Below, one piece after another: positions 54,085-64,000 of a DNA stretch of 64,000 nucleotides. The notes below the pieces were generated by a model, which ran no database searches, was not told the origin of the DNA, and saw only the letters and a program-made list of their open reading frames with translations. Made by a program: the position numbers and the translations under genes. Within the stretch, counting starts at the first letter, position 1. Each line of letters begins with the position of its first letter. This stretch comes from Bigelowiella natans CCMP2755 (taxonomy: Eukaryota > Protista > Cercozoa): positions 1-64,000 of the forward strand of contig ADNK01002594.1 of NCBI GenBank assembly GCA_000320545.1, given 5' to 3'.

Positions 54085-56381
54085 TTGCGTACCCACTATC
54101 AGATACACTTTCACACCGAAGAGCTTACAAAAAAAGAAGTGGTGATATGTTCATATTTCCGATGAGCGAATCTATTGCTAAAAGCTACGATATACTAGTA
54201 CTATCACCACCACTACTCTACTTCGACTACACAAGCATGCAATTCACACCTCTGATGTCCTCCTCATCAAGTTTGTAGACCTTCTCTAGGCAAGAAACAA
54301 GAACGTCAAACAACCGAATTGCATCGGTAGTTTTGCCGACATTTTCCATATCTCTGCCCTTGCTCATCTTCTTTGTTCTCTTTTCCTTGTTGATTCCTAT
54401 TTTCTTTTCCCCAATGTTCTTCCTTCTCTTCTCCCGCTGCTTTTGTGCGCTGAACTCGCCCAACCGAACGCACTCTGCAGCCGTCTGTTCAAATCATCGT
54501 TTAGAATGTGAAGTAAGGGCGGGAGGTGGGAGTCTGTGTGTCTCTGCTATTGTGTACAAATACTACCGCTGCTATGTGAAAGACCATGCGTACAGTTTCA
54601 TCGCAACATAAATGATAGGACAACTACTGCTATGGATAGTACTTCCACTATTGACAGCTGGCCACGATTTCGAACCAATGCCTCTAAGCTGTAAGTATAG
54701 TAGGAGGCAGTTGAGTCATAGTAAGATCCGCATGGTTCATGTACCATGATGCAATAGAATTGAAGGAACACTTGCAAGAAGGGAGAAGTAAATCAAAAAT
54801 CAAAAATGCAAAAGATAGAGGAGGAAACTTGGAGCAAACAATCGATTCGGACGTAGTCAGAATTTTGTCATTATCATCCCAATCCTCCCCATGTTGTCCC
54901 CCCCCCCCTCTCCCAGAAAGACCTTAATTCCCTGTCCAGAAAGTCTAAGGGGATGCCAGCGACGAAGAGCTAAGAAAAAGGAGAGGGGGTGGACAGAGAA
55001 GAATCAGAATGGAAACCAATATTCACAGAAATGAACTCAAGCAGCATATACATGAGAGCAGAGTCAACATGGGTTAGACATGATTTGCTCCCCAAACAAA
55101 CGAAAAGGACTCGTTGGCTTATATTTCCACCTTTACGATCTTCGATATTTCGAGCAGTGACTTCTGTACATTGTCCGAAGACGATGATGGCTAATGTGCA
55201 AGAGTAGAAATCAGGCCACCGTAGCGACGCTTGTGTGCGTGCTTTGAACGCACACACACGCACACACGCATACACGTACACAAGGAGAAAGAGAGCGAGA
55301 AGAAGAAATAAGGCAGAAAGGACGGCTGCGCCTCACAGCCTAAAATATCTTCCTGAGAACCTCTTCGTGGCCATCATTTCTAGCTGCTGCTGCTGCTGCT
55401 CTCTCGGAGTAATAATATCTCTTAGCTTCCTCTTGAGCAGTCCTTTCCGTATAGCCACACAGCGACACTAAGACTTTGCTGAGTCTGCACATCTCCAAAG
55501 AGCGCTGTTCGTTAGAATACAGGCAAAATAAGTACCATGAAGAAGAAGAAGAAGAAGAAGAAGAAGAAGAAGAAGAAGAAGAAGGAGTACACACAAAAAG
55601 AAACCTTTCCTTCGGGGCTAAAGAAGCGGAAGAGGATGGCGGGCATAGAATTAGCTCCTCTTGATTTGTGCCGACGACGAAGAACGTCCTTTTTCTCCTG
55701 AGAAGAGGGAAAACAACATCGCTCATCCTCCTCCTCCTCCTCACAACGGAATAGGCCCCTCCCTCACCAAACACAACTTCTCACTATAAGTCCCACGTTC
55801 CATACTCTTCTTTTGTACCATCACCATAGTTGCGTTGTCATCCTAGAAATTGCTCTCTTTCCCTACAGCAACAACTACTCCTACCACTCCTTTTTCCTAA
55901 TACTGTTACTACTGCTATTACTACTACTGCTACTACTTCTTTTACCTCCCCAGCATTAGGTTGGAAGCCATTATTCTCGGAAGTTGATGAGATGGGAAGA
56001 GCGAGCCGCATTGGGGTCGTGAGCTTTTGGGATGACGATTTGTTCCGTGCGGAGGAGGAGGTTGAGGAGAAGGGGGGGGGAATGTCGGTGGAAGAAGATG
56101 CGGAAGTGGCTAGTGCAGTTAGGTTGTTCGGGGACAGAGACGGTGAGAAGGGCTGCTGGGAGAATTGCCGCCGATTTGATGGTGTTGTGCCTTCTACCGA
56201 AGAGGTAGGCGAGTGCAGGGACAAAACCCTTTCAACATCCCTATGCATATGGATGATGGTGGTGAACGATGGAAAAAGATGGTGGTGGTGGTGGTGGTAG
56301 TCGTAGTTGTAGCGCAAAAAGATGTTTAGCAAGAAAGAAGAGACATTCACTCACAGAAATTGTGCATTGCTATTTCCGGCA

Positions 56382-56421
<40 letters not shown>

Positions 56422-56710
56422 ATAACAGCATTCATGTCGTCACGGCATGGTTTCAGCGCTAACCCTCCAAGCTCGCGGAAGGCATCTGCTGCTTGCATCC
56501 TAAGTTCTTCTGCCTTCTCCTGTGCCTGAAGAAGAAGAAGAAGAGAAGAAGAAGAAGAAGAAGATGATGATGAAAGTGATCGATCAATAACCTCGGACAA
56601 AAGTATGCATGTATTGTGGACGGGGGAGAATAGAGCATATAAGCAGCTGTTCATTTTCGTTCACACTGTTATCTGCGACGCGAATTGCCAATTTGGTAGG
56701 TGCCACACAC

Positions 56711-56753
<43 letters not shown>

Positions 56754-57591
56754 CACGCACACACAGGCACTAATTACACGGATTCTTAGCATACACATGT
56801 TTAATTTTGATTAGATGACTGATGATCTCTGTCTCTTAGAAGCACGCCGCAGCACCTTTTTCGCTGCCAAGCGTTGAAGCTTTGCAATTCTAATCTTCTC
56901 TAATCGCTCCCTTTCCCTTTCTTCTTCGAAGAATTTAATCCTGGCACACAACATCACACACGACGACTCAGCAAACCAAATGACTACTCGTTGTACATAT
57001 TCTTCTGACGGTAGGATTCATCCCATAATAGAACGATTTACACAATATATGTGTGCCCCTATTTTGTTGCGCGATCCATTATTTGCGTGCATGCCTATCC
57101 TATCTCCCACTTATGTTTCTCACCTTCTCGCGTCTGCGGCAGCACGATCGATATGGCCCTGACACATCATAATCACCATCATCATCATCATCATCGTCAT
57201 CGTAGCCAGGCAGCACCTGCTTGTAGGTTTCAACCACTTTGTAAGTGTCTTCTTCCTGAACCAATGCCCTTCGGAGAGCAATTTCAGCCTGACAACCGAC
57301 GTTGGAGAGGAGAGGAGAGGAGAGGAGAGGAGAGGAGAGGAAAAGAGGAAAGAGAAGTGAGAAATGTGAGGATAATACGGCTTTATATCGTCCCTGCCAT
57401 GTTGTTATCTATGCATGCAAAGTAGCATCCTGTCTCTTTCTAGCATGCAGCATGAAGGAGCGAATGAATGTCATCACCTTTCTAATGGCAGCCTTTTTCT
57501 CTATTATCTTCCTCTTCTTGATCATCTCTTTCTGTTTCTGCAACCATTCGAAGCTATTCTTTAGTGCATATTTTGACACGAGAAAACTATA

Positions 57592-57636
<45 letters not shown>

Positions 57637-59025
57637 ATAGAGTGCTTATCGTCCACCAGAGCACCTTTCTTAGGACTTTTTCCGCCGCCGCTCTTCTCGC
57701 TTTTACAGCTATTTCTACATTGGGTAGATATTGTCGTTAATATTGAATATGATGATGATAACGATGATCATGATGATAAGAGAAAATATAATAACTAGAT
57801 TAGGCTCGAAACGCATCATCTATATGTAAAGTGGTGGCCTACAGGTACAGAGAATTTGTAAAAATCGTTGCTTATTACCCTTCTTCTTCCGTTCTTGTTC
57901 GAGTCGCTGTGCCTTCTGCTTAGAGCGGTTCTTCAGTAGCTTCTTCAGAGCTTCAGCCCTCACCCTCCTCTCCTCCAGCGCCTTCTCTTTTCTTTTGGTG
58001 GGGGGGGGGGGGGATGAGTTTCATTTGATCAATTGATCTAAACTTTCAGAATGACATATACGATGTGAGAGATACACTGGATTATTCTTTTCTGATCGCA
58101 ATGCTTGAAGCATCTTGAAGCATTTCCAAAGCAGCATACGCATGTAATTAAGATATCCACACAACCAGTAGATCATGCTATATCATTATGTGTTTATTGT
58201 CTGATTTCCGACTTTTCACGTTCCATCTCTGCCTTCTTCTCTAACTTCTTTTTGAATCGAATGCGCTTCTGTACGCTTAGGGCCCTTTACATGAAATAAA
58301 CACACATACACACGCATATGCACAAAATCTTGAAACTATAATTTCATATCACTATATAGTATTTTTAGTTTCGAAAAAGACGAAAAGGAAAAGTTACAAA
58401 TACTGCTTTCATTTACAGTGTGAAACCCTAAGGAAGAGCTTGTTGCCATCTTTCTTTCCTCCTCATCACGACTTTTAACTCTCCTCCTTTTCTCCCATCT
58501 ACTTCTCTCCTTATTCACCTCATCTTAACGCGCTGTTGTACTCTCTCCCTCTCTGCATCGAGTTCCTCCTTCTTCGCGCCAAGATATATCTGAAGAAGAA
58601 CAAAGTTGCCAACATTGTGCCAACAGTCTTAAGTATACGGAAATCATGTAAAGAAAGAAGAAATGGATTTTGCGCGGTTTTCCCAGCGAGCGTGGAATGG
58701 TAGTAAGACCACGGTAGGTCGGTAGAAAAATGACCAAAGCTCTAATATTCTCGGTAGGTGACGGTTATGAATCGCTTGTAATTGCAAAACGAGAAGAACA
58801 ATGAAATAGCTTCAGAAGGGGCCATAGAGAAAGAGACCTGCAGCCACGAGTCTGTATCCCCCGGTAGGAGGACAAGATCTTCACTCTAAATAGCAAGAAA
58901 AGGAAGAAACGGGGAGAGGCATTCAGCGTGGTGATTAATAATGTTAGAAAGGAGATATGCTTTGCTTGTCTACAATTTACCTTGTCTTCACCATCTTCTG
59001 TTTCTCCTGATTACCGTAACACACA

Positions 59026-59062
<37 letters not shown>

Positions 59063-60906
59063 TTATATATACATATATTTTATTTGTATTTTAAATATTT
59101 ACTATTCGAAGTATGCTTCCACGCACACATACGCACTTATGTTATATATCCATACGAAATCCTTATGGATGTCTCCATTTCCCCCCTCTTTTCTTCTTTC
59201 TTTCTCTCTTTCTTTCTTTGGAATGCCATTGAGTCTGGCATAATGGTTTATACCTTGAACACTCTGATTGCTACTGCTGCTCTCCTTTTTCCGATGCCGT
59301 CGCTTTCCTACAGACGAAAGGCAGAGACGATAATCAAACTTAGCACATCTGAACGACGTAATTCGAATGTGGTGCGAAATGGCTCCAAAGAGATGGTGAC
59401 GAGATTCTTGGGTTGTGGAGGGGGAGGGAAGTAAAGAGGAAGAAGAAGAAGAAGATGGTGGAGGGGGTTAGGGAGAAATCAAGACCTTGATTTCCTCTTC
59501 CTCCTTTTGAATTCTTGCTTCTAATACCACGACGATGATGTTGGTGCTGCAAGCCTCTGCTGCAAGGATTCTTCTGCCCCCCGCGAAGTCTGCTACGCCT
59601 CTGCAAGAAGAAGAACTTAGATGGTGGTGATGATGAGTACATGCTAGCACCACTACCACCACCACCACTGAGGAGGGGAGGAGGAGGAGGAGGCATTTTT
59701 TTGCCTGCTTGCAAGATTATGTGTATCGTTCCAACTGACCGTGGTTGTTTGATGGCTTCGTTCGGAAAGAGGAGATCCCCGTGACAAGACGTCGTATAGC
59801 GTGCTTTTGCGCGGTTGTCTCTTCTTTGTCGCTGACACAGCGGAACCAACTCTCGTCCTCCTTCTCACCGGCCTAAGCGAGCCAATCTCATATTAGCACC
59901 AACGATTTGAATGTATTATTTCATTTCTAGCTTTATTATTTTGTCAGCTTGTACTGCTAGTTAATGACGGGGCCGACTAGTGATGCCTCAAAACCTAATT
60001 CCTTCACCCATCATCATGCGCCCTCGCCTCACTCCGCTCTCTATATTCTATCTTGAGATTTCTTACCCTGCGCTCGTCGGTCTTTTTCTCCTTGAAGCAT
60101 TGTCTGAGCGGGAGAAAAGAGAAGCATCCTTGTTGTGTTTAGGCCGAACAACACCAAAGTTTAAGCAGATTTGGGAACTTTATGTTGAAATCACGTTGTT
60201 TCATTTGTTTTATAAAAAAGGGAGGAAGCACGCACTATTTGCTTTACAGCCCCCCCCCCCCTCTCTTCAATGTCCCTTCAATTTCTTTTACCTCTTTGCC
60301 GACGAGAATTGGAGTTGTTGGGATTATCGTACTTCTTCCTTGCTGCAACGAGTGACGCATGCAAGTTTTTCTTCACACTTTTATTGCGCCTTTTCCTCTC
60401 TGAAGTTGGTCTGCTCTTGGAGACTGTTACCGACCGACGGGCCGAAGACGCACATGAGAACACGCATACAATCAGGAGGGAAAAGGAAATCTTGGCCTAG
60501 ATTTAAGGTACTATACTTTCTATAATGCTGAAGGAGGAAAGGAAATAGAGGAAGGCGTGCATCATTGTTCAAAGATACACGCATAAAAGAAGGATACCTC
60601 AAATTTTAACATTAAAAAAAAACATGATATTATCATCATCACCATCATCATCGTTAATCATTCAATAGCTATTACGTCTGGCAGAGAATGGTCCCTTGAA
60701 CTGGGGGCCAAAATCCTTTTCCAGAAAAAAACAAGAAAATCTTAAAAATGCTGCCACACAAATATAAAGCAGCATCCCGCACAAAAAAAGGAGAAACAGA
60801 AACATCTCTGCTCACGGCCAAACAACGCAACATTATCAAAATTATGCATTATTCGTTGGACTTTGCTTCATTGCATCCGTGGCACTCAAGACAAGGAAAG
60901 CGAGAA

Positions 60907-60951
<45 letters not shown>

Positions 60952-61249
60952 CAGAGAGAGGGAAATGTTTACATCAACGTATTTCACAACACACAAAATT
61001 TTCGAGAAGCTGCATGGAAATAATATTGTTGTTCTATCTTCTAAGATAAGAACCCTTGGATCCCTGCTCAGAGGAGAACTAGATGCCTCCGAGTGGTTGC
61101 TCATCAGATTATTGCGAGCGCTGATGATCTCCTGTTCTGCCTCCGAGTCCTCGCCTTCGATTGCTAACATTGCACGTCTGAGCAACTCGTGGTTCAAGCG
61201 AGGAGGCATCATCACACCTGACATAATCACACGTACTTAGGCACAACAT

Positions 61250-61292
<43 letters not shown>

Positions 61293-62029
61293 TTATATAA
61301 ATATTTTGTTTGTATTAAATGTATTACCAGAGGACGAGGCAGTTTGTAGTTGCTGGAGAGCCGAATTGATGCCACTACTAGCAGTTTTTCCTCCTATCGC
61401 TTATCATCATTCAAGAATCGATCATTAGGTATAATATGGGGAGAGAAAGGGAAGATAGAGAATTGTTTCAACCACATGCGATCGATTGCATTCTGCCAGC
61501 CATTCTACGATATATCTATCGTTACCATGATCATCCTCCTCCTCCTCCTCCTCCTCCTCCTCCTCCTCCCAATCTTTCTCATTGTTGTCATCGGTGAAGT
61601 CGTTTGGAGATCTATCGAAAACCACACATAATACTCATCACTATAGCGGCGCGGGTGGTTTTTCATGGACAATAAGGTTGTGCAGCTTAAAAGGAGGAGT
61701 AGCATATGTCGTTCTACCTTTGACGATCAGGGGAGCGATCTCTTAGGTAAGATGCAGTACCCGTATTGACAGCAGAAGAAGTCTTGTTCTCATCTGCAGG
61801 GAAATAGGATAGAGCTACATGAGTTAGAAGGTAACGATAACACTTGAGGAGATAGCAAATCGTCACGGCATATCATTTCATCTTCAACTCTATCATGCGT
61901 ATTATAATAGGAGCGATTGATTGTTTAGCCACTTTTGGGTTGGGAAAGCAGCGCGCGACTTAGCTTGGAGGACAACGCCTGATGTGATCCAATAACAGCG
62001 TAAGATGGAAAGCAGTGAAGGTGCGATGC

Positions 62030-62082
<53 letters not shown>

Positions 62083-62157
62083 TTATTTATATTAGGAAAA
62101 TTGAAGATTTGAGGATGGGATTGAGTTGTGGAAATATTATTGTGGCAATATCTAAAG

Positions 62158-62196
<39 letters not shown>

Positions 62197-63247
62197 ATGA
62201 ATGAAACAACCGAACTGTTAATAGATGATTCTGCTGGCTGCCACTAGCTTATCCCGGGAACAAACCACCACTACCTTATCTAAAGTTGATAGCTCTATTG
62301 ACTCACTGCTTATTATTCGTGTTGGCCTGATAAAACCTACAAAAAGTGTCCAGCAGAGAGAATTAGAAGTGCATTACAGCACCCCCCCTCCCCCCGTCCC
62401 CCTATCTCCTTCGCTTTCACTATCTGCAGCTGGTGTGTTGCTTCCTTATTTTCTATGGCACCTACTGATAGATTACTACGAGATGGTAGTCACATCGTAC
62501 ACCACACACACAATTGACAACATAACACCGGCATGGCCTTCTTGGTCCCTTCCCTCGGCGCGAGCTGCCTTCTTCTCTGGCTCTTGGAAAAACGACCTTC
62601 CATCAAAAAGGAGGATTACAAATACGCTGAGGACCATCATCATCATCATCATTATCATCATCACCATCCTCGCATGTTGTCTCAGATTAATACCAATGAT
62701 GTTCTGGAGTTGCAGAGTAGAGATACCACAGAGCTAATGATTTGTTGGTAAGTACAAGTCCGAATTTGTTGATACGTTAGAGCAACTGTGGAGACCACAA
62801 CCTCATACTTACACGTTCGCGCACGCACACATACAGGTTAGTAAGAATAGATAGATGAATAAGAAGAAGGGAGCATGCAGAAAGCAGTAGCACCCACTTT
62901 GCTCTGTGGTAATGAAGTAGCACTCGAAGCTCGATGTGCCTATTGGGGGGGGGAGGTGGATGCAGCATGGCAGGTATCAATCATATTTGAGAACAAAACG
63001 GATATGAATGTGGAAGTAAATGAAAGAGGAAATCGCTATTATTGTGAATTTGAAGTGGGAGTTTCGTCGTGTTTTTCCTTCTCTCCATGGCCATTGCTAA
63101 TAGATGATGAGAACTACTTGGTATTGATAGCGACTGGCTGAGCTTCTTTTTGATCTGCACCGTTTCCAAATCATCATGAGAGGAGCATTTAGATTTTTTG
63201 AGTGCGTTTGTCGTATATCTGGAACAACGAACACGTCGTCGTCATCG

Positions 63248-63281
<34 letters not shown>

Positions 63282-63292
63282 TATCATATGCC

Positions 63293-63323
<31 letters not shown>

Positions 63324-63748
63324 CATTAAAACCAGCTTCGTCGTTACGAGCAATCGCTTGATGTTATCACGATCCAAAATATCTACATGCAGCGATGTGG
63401 AGATATAGATGTAGTGAATAGTCAGAGTAGCACAAATGCAGTGATGATGAAAAAGAACTTTATCACTCATTTCTCCTCCGCCCCCCCCCCCTCTCCCAAT
63501 AATCCATTTGCATCACTCATATGTTAATTTTCGGAAAGATGAAATAAATCATCCATCATTTGTCCTTTCATCCGAATTTATGAATGTGCAACGGTCATAT
63601 TAAGCTTTTCCCTTCTCTAACCTCCCTCCCCCCCCCCCCCCCACGGCGTTCTCACACCTATAAGCTGGTTCATACGATTCTTCTTAGGTTCTGAGTAAAT
63701 GAACCACATCGCAAATCAACCTCGATGATGAAACTGTAACGAAATCTA

Positions 63749-63802
<54 letters not shown>

Positions 63803-63850
63803 ACAACCAAAAGGATCTCTGCCTATTGAGTATTGGCAGGAAAAAACGTT
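49033..63850 (-). CDS. Very large multi-exon protein: low-complexity/coiled-coil N-half, putative NC-motif catalytic region, C-terminal DEP domain (5' extent uncertain; may run off the window or be two genes)
   Basis: Phase-consistent exons from ~52790 down to the stop at 49033. DEP hallmarks GLDIRDRKR|RMHLGKHKQCFKGNGFCDWM|…GLVIGEFLRELGLIEEV…FEDSSGR|FYRF. Upstream exons at 53.8-61.8 kb carry GT-AG ends on the same strand. Confidence 0.6.
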
Positions 63851-64000
63851 GCTTCCTTCGATTGACCACACCACCTAGTGATACGTATCATATCATCATA
63901 ATGATCGCCAATCTTTCCACAGAGTAGTTTCCGAAATATTACGGTTTTGGAAGTGTGCGTGCGCATAAGTGTAGCGAGTAGCGTGGTGTGTGTGTGTGTG

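Larger units (their letters stand above)
8204..64000. repeat. Dispersed intronic microsatellites: (CA/TG)n, (TA)n, (GA/TC)n, (GAT/ATC)n, (GAG)n and poly-C/G runs
   Basis: Examples at 8209-8270, 9996-10148, 15472-15508, 27466-27517, 33506-33560, 37461-37535, 54008-54082 and 62036-62078. They generate most of the spurious [16 protein letters not shown] ORFs. Confidence 0.95.

Noticed and set aside
15472-62078. Many dinucleotide microsatellites have similar lengths (~30-40 nt)
   Set aside because: Most simply an assembly collapse artefact; this cannot be judged without reads.
1-64000. CRISPR arrays, rRNA/tRNA genes, intact transposase or reverse transcriptase ORFs
   Set aside because: None recognisable. 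The repeats present are simple microsatellites or short duplications.

Overview
Eukaryotic nuclear DNA from an intron-rich protist. GT-AG introns of ~55-400 nt, many filled with microsatellites, resemble chlorarachniophyte nuclear genomes; this taxonomy is only an impression. About 12 protein genes can be assembled by hand: (1) a ~6.8-kb intronless, frame-broken gene combining WH2/poly-Pro, RanBP2 zinc fingers, a PHR domain and an RBR-type IBR-half/RING2 module; (2) a cold-shock-domain protein; (3) an LRR-ectodomain multipass membrane protein; (4) an EF-hand protein; (5) an unknown protein; (6) a bacterial-type L-lysine 6-aminotransferase-like enzyme; (7) an SLC25 mitochondrial carrier; (8) cytoplasmic dynein intermediate chain; (9) RAD51D; (10) a GDSL/SGNH hydrolase; (11) RAD6/UBC2; (12) a very large gene ending in a putative NC-motif (permuted NlpC/P60-like) region plus a DEP domain. 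The most unusual signal is non-coding. The spacers downstream of gene 3' ends are rich in CATG/TGCA/CTAG, and in two of them (6861-7581, 34790-35110) every TpA is in a CTA context, mostly CTAG. This looks like the scar of a TpA->TpG/CpA (A:T->G:C) hypermutation process that spares CTAG, a 'reverse-RIP'-like signature. Exon boundaries were read by eye and outer gene coordinates are approximate.
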